Source: a virus. From it: a DNA stretch of 64,000 bases. Positions 18,659 to 28,479 of the stretch are shown here, in pieces. The notes beneath the pieces were generated by a model. The model was not told where the DNA came from. It ran no database searches and worked only from the letters and a program-made list of their open reading frames with translations. The stretch spans positions 192,290 to 256,289 of the IMG/VR virus record IMGVR_UViG_3300050156_000143; one strand, given 5' to 3'. Position 1 is the stretch's first letter; every line of letters begins with the position of its first letter. Position numbers and translations under genes: made by a program.

Positions 18659-18988
18659 ATGTTTGAGCTATACTTGTCTCAACTTTTGGAGAGCACCTTG
18701 TTTCAGCACCGTTTTGCCCATGATGATGTTCCTGCGATGCGTTTCATGCGTTTGGTGGAAAGAGTGTGTCATAAACATGATTTGAGCGTGTTGGAACTGA
18801 TAAACGCACATTCTCAGGAAACTTGTTACGACACGCTGATTCGATTTTGTGACCAACAATCGCTCACCCGTTTCAAAACAATGGCCCAAACCGATTTGTC
18901 ACCCGTGAGTGACATTGACGTGATGAAAACCATCGAACTGGTGTTCGCCCAAGAGATCGGTGAATTTGGTCGGCCACAATCTCTTTGA
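18659..18988 (+). CDS. hypothetical protein
   Basis: 109-aa ORF. Confidence 0.4.
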   Translation: MFELYLSQLLESTLFQHRFAHDDVPAMRFMRLVERVCHKHDLSVLELINAHSQETCYDTLIRFCDQQSLTRFKTMAQTDLSPVSDIDVMKTIELVFAQEIGEFGRPQSL

Positions 18989-19001
18989 ATTTCACTGATT
19001 A

Positions 19002-19430
19002 CTAGGCAGCCGATTGACCAGTGCTGCCAATTCGTTTGATTGCACCGTCGATTGTTGCCATGCTGTCATCAAAATCGTCGTCGTTGTCTTTGATACGATC
19101 TAGAGCGGTGTTGATGGATGAGATGCCGTCGTCAAACCCATCAGCAACATTATCTGCCATCAATTGTTTTTCAATGCGTTTGAGCGCACCACGAACTTTG
19201 TTCATGTTGACCATAGTAGCTGACCGCCATTTTTTTCGGTCTGCTGGGTCTTTGAATTTGTTCACAATGGCAAGTGCTTTCTTGCAGTGAGTCATGCGTT
19301 TGATTGCGTCATCGATGTCGGAAATCTGGGAGGCATCAACAACTTCCTGGAGTTGTTCAAGACCATGAGAGTAACTCTCATCGAGACGGCGCACATTGGC
19401 AAGTTTTAAGAGTTGAGTAAGTTCATCCAT
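19002..19430 (-). CDS. hypothetical late protein
   Basis: TAAATA-N4-ATG on - strand (19435-19440). Confidence 0.6.
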   Translation of the reverse strand: MDELTQLLKLANVRRLDESYSHGLEQLQEVVDASQISDIDDAIKRMTHCKKALAIVNKFKDPADRKKWRSATMVNMNKVRGALKRIEKQLMADNVADGFDDGISSINTALDRIKDNDDDFDDSMATIDGAIKRIGSTGQSAA

Positions 19431-19581
19431 TTGTTATTTAGGATAGGAGCGAATATATGTTATATCGGGTAGTTTTCAGTGTGCTTATCATGGTGACAAT
19501 TGGTGCCACCGTAGCATTCCAACAGGGTGTTGACCTCGTGGGTATCGTCAAAACTGTAATTTCACAATGAGGAAAACGTCA

Positions 19582-19905
19582 ATGGACACGATTGAAACGA
19601 TTGGCCGTCAAGATGCCGTGGGTTATTTTTTACTGGTGGCTGTCAGTGCCCAGCAACACAGTGACGGAAAAACCATCGACCGGATTGGGCAAGCACCGTA
19701 TTCAGCACAATTGCTGGTGAACGGGGTGGAAGTCCCATTCGTCGAAACGGTCGTTGAAATTTTCAAACGAATGAATGCCAATATTGACGACAAAGTGGAC
19801 GCACGGATTGCTGAGTTTGTCGCCTCAAAATTCGGCAAACTGCAAACGGCAATTGACGAAGCCACCAATCTGATCACCAACGCAGCTAACACACTGAAGG
19901 AATGA
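19582..19905 (+). CDS. hypothetical protein
   Basis: GAGGA SD. Confidence 0.55.
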   Translation: MDTIETIGRQDAVGYFLLVAVSAQQHSDGKTIDRIGQAPYSAQLLVNGVEVPFVETVVEIFKRMNANIDDKVDARIAEFVASKFGKLQTAIDEATNLITNAANTLKE

Positions 19906-21647
19906 ATATGTCTGATTTTACCAAGTATGTGGCCACGATTCAGGCCCGTGTTGAATCCATTTTGGGACAAGGTACTCCAATTTTCACTACCGATGTTCAA
20001 AACTTGTGGGAAATTTACCTAGACGGTTTTGCCACCCTAGAACAACGGCAATACCACAACTGCAATTGCTGCAAGTCGTTTATCCGCAAGTACGGGCACC
20101 TCGCGTATGTTGATAATGGACAATTGGTGCCGTTATTTTGGGATGAAGCAGAAGCAATCGATCGCTACAAGGCAACCGTCAGCGGCATGGTCAGCGTATT
20201 GAAGAACGCTAGCATCACGGGTGTGTTTGTATCGTCGGATAAACAATGGGGTCGCGTGTTTGAAGGCGGGTGGGATCATTTTGGATTCACTCAGCCAATC
20301 CCATATGTGGAATCCCCGACCAAAGCCGCTCATCAAGCGATCGCTGAGTTTTCTGAAAACCACAAGATGGTGATGCACGCGCATGCCACCATTAACCAAA
20401 ATGACGTCAAAACTGCGATCACATTGCTGGAAAGCGGGTCATTGGACTATGGTGACAAATATGCCAAGTCGCTGAAGTGGTTTTATTCCACTTACCGCGC
20501 ATCAAATAATAATTTGTGGCAACTGGTGGCCAGCGCCAAACCAGGCTATTACAATCCTGCCAACGGTATGACGGGTGCATTGTTGGAAATGATTGCTGCC
20601 AAAACGGATATTACCAAATTGACCGCATCATGGAATGACATGGTTTCCCCCATGCGTTACATGCGTGCGACCGTTGACCCCAGTGATGGAAACTTGGCGC
20701 AAGCTGAACAAATCATTGCCAAACATGGGCTGGTGAAATCTTTGGCTCGGCGTTATGCCACATTGGATGACATCCAAACGTTCTGGAAATCAAATGATAC
20801 AAAGAAGGTGGTCTCTGGCCCCGTATTTGGTCATTTGACCCCCAAGGTGAAAAAACAAGTGATCCCAGATTTGAATCTACCTGCGTCTACCATGACTTGG
20901 GAAAATCGCAACGACCTTGATTTGCATATGATTACCCCACGTGGGGAACACATTTATTTTGCCGATATGAAATCCCGGTGTGGTGGATGGTTGGATATTG
21001 ACATGAACCGTTCCGGGGAAACTGTTACCCCGGTGGAAAACATTCGCTGGGACAAGGGTGCTGCACCGTCTGGCACATATCGAGTCCACATTAATAATTA
21101 TCGGTTCCATGAACCATCGCGCCAACCTACCCCGTTCAAGGTGGAGATTGAAGCTGATGGAAAAATTTATCAGTTTGGCGGGACATGTCATGGTCAGGGG
21201 ACGAGCGGCAACGTACAAATCGCCACAATTGTTTGGCAACCTGGGCGAACAATTGTCACCGGTAGTACAAATGTCACCTCGACCGTGAGTGGCGGAAATT
21301 GGGGCGTGCGCCCTGGTCAGTGGGTGAAAGTGAATGCGTTGGCGAAATCTCCAAACTCGTGGGACTCCGATGAGGTTCGCTCAAATCATCACATCATGTT
21401 CATTTTACAAGGGTGCAAAGATGCGGCAAATGGTGTTGGGCGAAGTTTTTTTACCGAGATGCTCAAATCTGAGTTGCACCCGATTCGTTCAACCTTGGAA
21501 GCATTTGCCAAGAACGCTGTGATCGAAGACGCCGAGTCCAACAGCGCATGCGGACTAGGGTTTACTCCACAAGTTGACTGGAATTTGCGTCTAAAAGTCA
21601 TGACCCGAGACTCGGTGCGGGAAATTCTGATCGACCGTTTCGACTAA
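19902..21647 (+). CDS. conserved phage protein with YfaP/DUF2135-like domain
   Basis: HNCNCCKSFI N-terminal motif; W.NRNDLDLH...GG.LDIDMN...PVENI.W. Confidence 0.6.
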   Translation: MNMSDFTKYVATIQARVESILGQGTPIFTTDVQNLWEIYLDGFATLEQRQYHNCNCCKSFIRKYGHLAYVDNGQLVPLFWDEAEAIDRYKATVSGMVSVLKNASITGVFVSSDKQWGRVFEGGWDHFGFTQPIPYVESPTKAAHQAIAEFSENHKMVMHAHATINQNDVKTAITLLESGSLDYGDKYAKSLKWFYSTYRASNNNLWQLVASAKPGYYNPANGMTGALLEMIAAKTDITKLTASWNDMVSPMRYMRATVDPSDGNLAQAEQIIAKHGLVKSLARRYATLDDIQTFWKSNDTKKVVSGPVFGHLTPKVKKQVIPDLNLPASTMTWENRNDLDLHMITPRGEHIYFADMKSRCGGWLDIDMNRSGETVTPVENIRWDKGAAPSGTYRVHINNYRFHEPSRQPTPFKVEIEADGKIYQFGGTCHGQGTSGNVQIATIVWQPGRTIVTGSTNVTSTVSGGNWGVRPGQWVKVNALAKSPNSWDSDEVRSNHHIMFILQGCKDAANGVGRSFFTEMLKSELHPIRSTLEAFAKNAVIEDAESNSACGLGFTPQVDWNLRLKVMTRDSVREILIDRFD

Positions 21648-21733
21648 ATCCTGACCAAAATGGTGGGCAATGGTACATGCCAATGTTTTCTGCTATAGTT
21701 CACCACATCGCAACACACCTTGAAGGACATTTT

Positions 21734-21919
21734 ATGGAATACGTCTACATCGCATGGGGCATTGGCGCATGGTTCACCTTGGGGGCGCTATTAGAGATGT
21801 TCCCCACTGCGCCATTCCTTGGAAAAATCCTGGTCGCGCTGATTGTTTGGCCATTTGCACTGGGAAAGATTGTGGGTTACATTGGTTCGCACGTTACTGG
21901 GAAAATTGATCTGAAATGA
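21734..21919 (+). CDS. small membrane protein
   Basis: AAGGA SD; two hydrophobic helices. Confidence 0.5.
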   Translation: MEYVYIAWGIGAWFTLGALLEMFPTAPFLGKILVALIVWPFALGKIVGYIGSHVTGKIDLK

Positions 21920-21942
21920 TGGTCAACGGTGTTTCACCACGG

Positions 21943-21962
21943 GGGGCTTCGGCCCCTTTTTT
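21943..21962 (+). terminator. intrinsic terminator
   Basis: GGGGC-TTCG-GCCCC-T6. Confidence 0.85.
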
Positions 21963-22093
21963 CATTGTGGACAGCAAAATAATCCCCACAGTTGCCGTCA
22001 GGTTTTACACACGGGTTGCGTTAGACATTCGTTTCGGTTAAAGTTCACTACATGGACGGCGCACAATGTGCCAACAACCAAGAGGACACAATC

Positions 22094-22477
22094 ATGACTA
22101 CTATTGACCATCTGATCCAAATTGCCACCACAAAACTGAAAAACGCTACCGAAAAAATCACAAAAACGGGCGAGCAATTTTCCGCCGATCCGTTTGAAGC
22201 ATTGTTGTGGGGCGATGGTGTGGTGAAAGCTGCCGCTGACCAATTGGTGTGGAAGCGTTTTCTGAATGCTGCTAAAAACACCCATCACGATCCCCAGACA
22301 TTTTGCGTGGAATATGTCTCCAACTTGATGCGGACAACCATGCTCGCTGTGATGGATGGGAACAATAGCTCCAGCCCGATGGCGAACATCATGCGGTCTG
22401 CCGAAAGTGCTGCACGAGTTAGTTTGATCGACGAATTGGTGAGTCGTGGGCTTGTTGACCACGTTTTGCTTCGCTGA
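22094..22477 (+). CDS. hypothetical protein, paralogue of 22485
   Basis: GAGGA SD; EA..W.D...A...VW...FC..YV.NL.RT. Confidence 0.55.
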   Translation: MTTIDHLIQIATTKLKNATEKITKTGEQFSADPFEALLWGDGVVKAAADQLVWKRFLNAAKNTHHDPQTFCVEYVSNLMRTTMLAVMDGNNSSSPMANIMRSAESAARVSLIDELVSRGLVDHVLLR

Positions 22478-22484
22478 AGATCAA

Positions 22485-22850
22485 ATGAAACGCAAGTGCA
22501 AATTTAATCCCAAAATGGTGGCAAAAAATGCGTTGAAACGGATTCAAGCCACCATTTTTCGATGCGAAACCTCGATGTCCGAATGCCCGAATGAGGCGAT
22601 GGAGTGGCAAGATGAATTGGCATACGCAATTGCTGAAAAGAAAGTGTGGTCTGACGTCTCAGACGCCATGACATCTGCGAATGATTTTACCAGCAAATTT
22701 TGCATAAAGTATGTTGCCAACCTTGAACGCACGGTGAACGCCAGGGTGGAATTCAATGGTGGGGTGGCAGACAATTTGGATATGGCTGCCTCACGAATGA
22801 TTGATCGCATCAATTTAACCATGAACCGCAAACGTCGGAGAACACAATGA
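22485..22850 (+). CDS. hypothetical protein, paralogue of 22094
   Basis: same motif. Confidence 0.55.
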   Translation: MKRKCKFNPKMVAKNALKRIQATIFRCETSMSECPNEAMEWQDELAYAIAEKKVWSDVSDAMTSANDFTSKFCIKYVANLERTVNARVEFNGGVADNLDMAASRMIDRINLTMNRKRRRTQ

Positions 22851-23143
22851 GCAAAACTGTGGTAGATTCTGGTGCGTTAATGATGGCGATCAACGTTCTT
22901 CGCCGGAATGGAAAATCCGAAGTGGCGGACGAATTGTTGAGCACCGCAGTCAGAACCAATGGCGGGTGGATTGATGTTGAGCTGGCCCCAAAAGACGGGA
23001 GTGCGATCGATTTATTGGCCGAAACGTTTCGGCTACCGGATTGCGGGTGGGATGGCGACAAGTGGGTCTGTGAATGGTACACAGATGGAATTATCCCGCC
23101 GGAGTTATACGCACGTATCACACATTTCAGACATATTGAATAA
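22847..23143 (+). CDS. hypothetical protein (DUF551-like C-terminus)
   Basis: W..VE.APKDG..I.L...THF motif. Confidence 0.5.
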   Translation: MSKTVVDSGALMMAINVLRRNGKSEVADELLSTAVRTNGGWIDVELAPKDGSAIDLLAETFRLPDCGWDGDKWVCEWYTDGIIPPELYARITHFRHIE

Positions 23144-23182
23144 CTTGGAGATCATTGTGTTTAATATTTCAGGATGGGCAGA

Positions 23183-23509
23183 ATGACTGACTTCACCGTG
23201 CAAAACATGTCCGCCAGGTATCAACGCCGGGTGCAAAAAATGGAATACCCAAATTCCAGTTTACAGTGGGAGTGCATGAACGCAATCACGGATGCTGTGG
23301 ATAACCGATGTGCCCGTACACTGTTCATAAAACGTTACTACACAACATTGGAATTATCTGAACTGCACAAAATGCGCAAACTGTTGAAAGACCGTGGGTT
23401 TCATTGTGTTGAACACCCTAATGTCCACGCTGATCGCACACTGTGGGACATTTTGCGTAGACGGACGCCGATGATCTATCAACTTGAGATAAGCGGATGG
23501 GCATCGTGA
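23183..23509 (+). CDS. hypothetical protein
   Basis: ends LEISGWAS. Confidence 0.5.
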   Translation: MTDFTVQNMSARYQRRVQKMEYPNSSLQWECMNAITDAVDNRCARTLFIKRYYTTLELSELHKMRKLLKDRGFHCVEHPNVHADRTLWDILRRRTPMIYQLEISGWAS

Positions 23510-23766
23510 AATACTCTCTGAGCGACGCTATCTTAGACTTCCATCCAATTTTGGCCAAGTCCTGGCGGGACACTTTAGTCAACATCCAGACCGCAGTACA
23601 CACTGGTTTGGATGTTTGTGTGCTAACATTCCCACCAGAGTTCGACGCTCGTCTACTCAACGACATCCGACACCGACTGATCGCCGATTGCTACATTGTG
23701 ACTGCCCCGTCAAAACACAATGGCAACTGGGCGATTGAAGTGAGTGGGTGGGCAATTTTATCGTAA
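23497..23766 (+). CDS. hypothetical protein
   Basis: ends IEVSGWAILS. Confidence 0.45.
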   Translation: MGIVKYSLSDAILDFHPILAKSWRDTLVNIQTAVHTGLDVCVLTFPPEFDARLLNDIRHRLIADCYIVTAPSKHNGNWAIEVSGWAILS

Positions 23767-23786
23767 CCTTAGTAAAAGGACAAACC

Positions 23787-25982
23787 GTGGAAAACAAAGA
23801 ATTGAAACTGGTCATTGACTATGCGACGAAAACTGCAAAAGAAAATAAAGCAGAATATTGCACCAGCGAGCACTTTTTGCTCGCATTGTGTGCTTTTGAT
23901 CCGTTTCTGAAAAAGGCGCTCGAATTTGGTGCGGATGTATCCAACATGGTGACGGAAATCTCTGAGCACCTGAAATGCCTCCCCACGGTTGAAAAGCGTA
24001 GTGAGGCCGGTATCGCCACTGCTGGTTTCACACGGGTGGCGCAACGCGCCTATGTGCAAGCAAACGCTCAAACCCGTGAAGTGGGCGTGGCTGACATGTT
24101 TATCGCCATCGTGGGCGAAAAGGATTCTCACGCTGCCTATTTCTGCAACAAATATGGGCTGACGCACGCAGAATTCTACCCGTTCTTGACTGGTGTATCG
24201 ACTACAAGTTCCCCTGCCGATGTCGCAAAGGCATCCAAAGTGTTGGAGCAATATTGCGAGAATTTGACCGCAAAGGCAGCTACTGGGGGTATTGAGCCAG
24301 TGATTGGCCGAGAAACCGAGATTGACACGATTTTCCATGTGTTGGCTAAGAAATACAAACCCAATGTGTTGTTGGTGGGCGACCCTGGCGTGGGCAAAAC
24401 GAAGATCGCTGAGGGGATTGCACTCAAGATTCATGAAAAAACGGTGCCGACTTTCATTGAAAATCGTGAAGTTTGGACACTGGACATCGGTTCATTGCTC
24501 GCTGGCACCAAATACCGGGGTGAGTTTGAAGAAAAGGTGAAAGAGATTCTGACGGCATTGCAGGATAAGGGCAATGTCATTTTGTTCATCGATGAGGCGC
24601 ACTCCATGCGTGGGGCGGGTAGTTCGTCCGGTGGCGGCCCTGATATGTCCAACATGTTCAAACCTGCTTTGGCCAGCGGCAAGATCATGGTGATCGCCAG
24701 CACTACCTGGGATGAGTTCTATCAGTCGTTTGAGAAAGACCATGCACTGATGCGCCGTTTCGAGCGGGTGTCGGTGGATGAACCTGGCCGAGAATCTGCT
24801 ATCAAAATTGTTTCCGGCGTCGCGCCCCGTTTGGAAGAGTTTCACGGCGTTGTGATTCCCGATGAAGTGGTGGTGTCGGCAGTGGACAACGCAATTCGGT
24901 ATTTGCCAACTACAAAAAACCCGGATAAGTCCATCGGATTGCTTGACGCAGTTTGCACCCGATACCGCGTAGCTGGCGAAAAGGGTACTGTCACTGTGCA
25001 AGACGTGATCGCTCAAATTGAGAAACAAACTGGTATCGCTGCTGATAAGTTGAGCGGCGACAATGTGGAGCGAATGGCCAATCTGGAAAACAACTTGAAG
25101 GGCAAACTGTTTGGACAGGATGCCGCCATCGGGAAAATTGTTGACCGAGTTTGCCTGGCATTCAGTGGCATGGGTTCCCAGAAAAAGCCTATGGCCAGCT
25201 TTTTGTTTACCGGGCCAAGCGGTTGTGGCAAAACTGAATTGTGCAAGCAACTGAGCGAAATGTTGGCAATGCCGCTCATCCGATACGACATGAGCGAGTT
25301 CAGCGAGCGCCACACTCTGAGTGCGCTGATTGGATCACCTCCTGGGTATGTTGGTTATGGTGAAGGTGCAGCCGGGAATGGCAGGTTGATCACGGATGTT
25401 CGCAAACGGCCATATTCCATCTTGCTGTTTGATGAGTTCGAGAAAGGCCACCCAGACATTTACAACATTTTTCTGCAAATGTTGGACGAGGGAACTGTCA
25501 CCTCATCCGCAGGAATGAAAGTTGATGTCAGCAATTGCATCATCGTGATGACCACCAACCTGGGCGCGGCGGACAACGAGCGTGCAGTTATCGGGTTTGC
25601 AAATCAGGCACGTAACGCTGAAGACAAGGCGCTGAAAGACTTCATGCGCCCAGAGTTGCGAAATCGATTAGATGAAATTGTGAAGTTTAATAAACTTTCC
25701 CCAGAATCGGTTAAAGAAGTAGTTCGCAAGTTTCTGGGCATCTTGCAGAAACAAGTGGTGGACACGGGCATCACTTTGTCATACACGGACAATGTGGTTG
25801 ACATGATTGCGGAAAAGGGGTTTGACCCAGTGTTAGGAGCACGTCCGATTAGTCGCAAAATTGATGAACTCGTGCGGGTGCCGTTGAGCCGCAAGGTGAT
25901 GTTTGAACGGTTGCGAAACGCTGAAGTGCATGTTTCTGTCAGTGACGGTAAATTTGAGTTCAACGTGACGCAAAAGGTGTAA
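23787..25982 (+). CDS. clpA: ClpA-like ATP-dependent Clp protease ATPase subunit
   Basis: Clp N domain, GDPGVGKT and GPSGCGKT Walker A motifs, GSPPGYVG pore loop, IGF ClpP-docking loop, no ClpB M domain; AAGGA SD before GTG 23787. Confidence 0.92.
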   Translation: MENKELKLVIDYATKTAKENKAEYCTSEHFLLALCAFDPFLKKALEFGADVSNMVTEISEHLKCLPTVEKRSEAGIATAGFTRVAQRAYVQANAQTREVGVADMFIAIVGEKDSHAAYFCNKYGLTHAEFYPFLTGVSTTSSPADVAKASKVLEQYCENLTAKAATGGIEPVIGRETEIDTIFHVLAKKYKPNVLLVGDPGVGKTKIAEGIALKIHEKTVPTFIENREVWTLDIGSLLAGTKYRGEFEEKVKEILTALQDKGNVILFIDEAHSMRGAGSSSGGGPDMSNMFKPALASGKIMVIASTTWDEFYQSFEKDHALMRRFERVSVDEPGRESAIKIVSGVAPRLEEFHGVVIPDEVVVSAVDNAIRYLPTTKNPDKSIGLLDAVCTRYRVAGEKGTVTVQDVIAQIEKQTGIAADKLSGDNVERMANLENNLKGKLFGQDAAIGKIVDRVCLAFSGMGSQKKPMASFLFTGPSGCGKTELCKQLSEMLAMPLIRYDMSEFSERHTLSALIGSPPGYVGYGEGAAGNGRLITDVRKRPYSILLFDEFEKGHPDIYNIFLQMLDEGTVTSSAGMKVDVSNCIIVMTTNLGAADNERAVIGFANQARNAEDKALKDFMRPELRNRLDEIVKFNKLSPESVKEVVRKFLGILQKQVVDTGITLSYTDNVVDMIAEKGFDPVLGARPISRKIDELVRVPLSRKVMFERLRNAEVHVSVSDGKFEFNVTQKV

Positions 25983-25987
25983 TCAAC

Positions 25988-26617
25988 ATGAGGGGCAAAT
26001 CGCCCCTCCACTTTTATATGGACATTGTAAAAAAACAGACCCTGTATTACGGGAAATACCAATACCGTGTTGATCTGGGGGCAATCAACGGATCAAAATC
26101 AGTACGTATTTCTAAATTCCGAAAATTGTATAACGAATATACCAAAGATTTGTGCGTTTGGTACGACAGTCACAAAAATGTTGCAAGAACCATGACGTTC
26201 AGGGATTACGCACTATCACATGACACGGTGATATTATTTGTGCAAAATGATGCCACATTGAACGACCTACTAACAATATGCAATCGCCACAGTCAAACTC
26301 CTACGTCAATCACAAAATGTGAACAATCCGGTGTCCCCAATGTGATTTATCATGTTGCCCCCACGTTCGCACACCGGATTTATCTCATTTTACCCAAGAG
26401 CGATGATGATACGTACTATGAATTGCTGAAGTGGGCGAGTATGATGGGGGCCAATATTCGATGTGATCACCAGGATTGTTGGCGTGGGCACACCGGACGG
26501 ACAGTTCGCACTATGAAATGGATCGACGTAAAAACAGATGAGGATAAGACTGCGTTTTTGCTAACATTCGGCAGTAATGTGAGCGAATCGGTGGAAATAC
26601 GAAAGAGGCCGTGGTGA
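25988..26617 (+). CDS. hypothetical protein
   Basis: LYYGKYQYR motif; 209 aa. Confidence 0.55.
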   Translation: MRGKSPLHFYMDIVKKQTLYYGKYQYRVDLGAINGSKSVRISKFRKLYNEYTKDLCVWYDSHKNVARTMTFRDYALSHDTVILFVQNDATLNDLLTICNRHSQTPTSITKCEQSGVPNVIYHVAPTFAHRIYLILPKSDDDTYYELLKWASMMGANIRCDHQDCWRGHTGRTVRTMKWIDVKTDEDKTAFLLTFGSNVSESVEIRKRPW

Positions 26618-26650
26618 GCTAAATATCGCAAAGGATATCGATCACCCCCT

Positions 26651-27241
26651 ATGAAAATCTCAGAATTATTGTCAGAAGCTCGCAATCCAAAATGGACGTA
26701 TACTCCCACCAAAGTCCAAGGAGTGTTGGATCGTGTGACTATCAAGTTGAACGAATCTGAATCTCCACAATTGACCAAATTGGCGCACCGGATTGCTCAA
26801 CTACGGGAAACCACCGAGCGCATGGAGCTTTTGGAACGAGAGTTGACTGCCACAGTCAAGGATGAGATGCGCGAAGTTTTTGATGCAGAAGATATTGCAC
26901 TTACTCGGGTAGTGGAAACTGCAAAGTTCGTTTTGACTCTGAGTAAAGAAGAAACTGCTGCAATGAAGTCCCCAACATCAAAAACCAATTATGAATCGGT
27001 AGTAAAAGATTTGGTCAAAATGATGCCAGAGTTGCAAGAAAAGTTGGACGAACTGATTAAACTGCATACCAAGATCGAACAACCCAAGGATACGGTGGCA
27101 AAATTGTCGGTCAAGCCGGTTAAACTTGACGAGAACATTGGAGTAACTCTGATGCGGCTGATTTCCCAAACATATAAGAAAATTGTGTCATGGGCGCAAA
27201 CTTATGACAATAGGTTAGAAGCATTGAAAGCACGCATTTAA
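26651..27241 (+). CDS. hypothetical late protein with capsid-targeting-like N-terminus
   Basis: TAAATA 26620-26625; starts MKISELLSE. Confidence 0.6.
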   Translation: MKISELLSEARNPKWTYTPTKVQGVLDRVTIKLNESESPQLTKLAHRIAQLRETTERMELLERELTATVKDEMREVFDAEDIALTRVVETAKFVLTLSKEETAAMKSPTSKTNYESVVKDLVKMMPELQEKLDELIKLHTKIEQPKDTVAKLSVKPVKLDENIGVTLMRLISQTYKKIVSWAQTYDNRLEALKARI

Positions 27242-27260
27242 CCTTATTTTCTCCAACCTG

Positions 27261-27286
27261 AAAAAAGTGGCCTAGGCCACTTTTTT
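27261..27286. terminator. bidirectional terminator (perfect palindrome)
   Basis: A6-GTGGC-CTAG-GCCAC-T6. Confidence 0.85.
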
Positions 27287-27302
27287 GCATTAGAATCCCA
27301 TC

Positions 27303-27620
27303 ATGATATTCAAACTAGCATCGCCAATAGAAACTACCTGGGACAATCTGCCCGATTTGCTTGAACATTCAGTCAAAGACATGGTTCCACCACTTTGGGA
27401 CACAATAGTTCAAAACGGGTGGGAAAATAGAGTAAAAATACACGACGTGTCGATGGCTCCGTCGGTGCAATTTTACACTCTCCCGCATCCCACTATTAGT
27501 GCGGCATTCATGATGCAGACCAAGTCGGTGTATATCAAGCGTGTTGTTTCCATCAAAGTCGATGGTGTTACCGAAAATGATCCAGCGGCAATTCATTTTT
27601 TACTAACGTATTGCACATAA
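27303..27620 (+). CDS. hypothetical protein
   Basis: TAGAAT 6 nt before ATG. Confidence 0.5.
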   Translation: MIFKLASPIETTWDNLPDLLEHSVKDMVPPLWDTIVQNGWENRVKIHDVSMAPSVQFYTLPHPTISAAFMMQTKSVYIKRVVSIKVDGVTENDPAAIHFLLTYCT

Positions 27621-27886
27621 TGATCGCCAAACTGAATAAACCATGTTCTGGGCTGTTTCATCGGGAATTGTTCAATCACGAGATCGAAATATTGTTGTCG
27701 AAAATATATCAAGAATTGGTGAAATATGATCTGGTAAATCACGTGCGTGCGTCCCATCCGTGGCTATTTTATGTTTCACATATTCCACATAAAACTCTGT
27801 ATTATGAAACAACTGAAATCGACATTGACGACTCGGTTTTGCATTTGCCTAATACCATTGCATTCTTACTGCTTCATTGCTCATGA
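27620..27886 (+). CDS. hypothetical protein
   Basis: TAATG overlap with upstream stop. Confidence 0.45.
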   Translation: MIAKLNKPCSGLFHRELFNHEIEILLSKIYQELVKYDLVNHVRASHPWLFYVSHIPHKTLYYETTEIDIDDSVLHLPNTIAFLLLHCS

Positions 27887-28479
27887 AAAATAGTGGCGAC
27901 ATCGACATTGATGTGGGAAATAGAGACCAATTACTTGCATTAATCGACCATAATCCAGCCAAAATTTGCACACAAGATGGGGACAGGCGGCATGGATCGG
28001 GAATATACGTTACCGACATTCCATATGATTTTGTGAATGAAATTGCGACCATCGATTACCAAAGTGCGGAAACACGCGGTTACTTCAAGTTGGATATATT
28101 GAACGTGTCTCTATACTCAGAAATAACAAACACGGATGAGCTAGAATCGCTGATGGTTCCACCAAAATGGGAGTCACTGGGTTCACGAGAATTTGTCGAA
28201 CAGTTGACACATCTTGGTCAACACTATGATCTCTTACAAGAACTCCCCCCGATAACTTCCATAGTGGAACTGGCAATGGCTCTAGCCATCATTCGCCCCG
28301 CTAAACGCCATCTTGCTGGAAAACCTTGGGAAATCGTGAAAAAAACGATTTGGCAAACTACTCCAGGTCAATATGCCTTCAAAAAGGCGCATGCGATAGC
28401 TTACGCTCATTTGGTAGTAGTCAATATGAATATGGCGTCAAGGAATTTTGCGAACCATTATGACCCCTTTTCTCTTTGA
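27883..28479 (+). CDS. minimal DNA polymerase III alpha (DnaE)-like protein
   Basis: DIDID, HGSGIYV, GYFKLDILN, LAIIRP, YAFKKAHAIAYA. Confidence 0.8.
   Translation: MKNSGDIDIDVGNRDQLLALIDHNPAKICTQDGDRRHGSGIYVTDIPYDFVNEIATIDYQSAETRGYFKLDILNVSLYSEITNTDELESLMVPPKWESLGSREFVEQLTHLGQHYDLLQELPPITSIVELAMALAIIRPAKRHLAGKPWEIVKKTIWQTTPGQYAFKKAHAIAYAHLVVVNMNMASRNFANHYDPFSL

Noticed and set aside
23769..25313. Long antisense ORFs (221 and 273 aa) opposite clpA, and similar ones opposite other genes
   Set aside because: Shadow ORFs of codon-biased genes with no SD or recognisable motifs.
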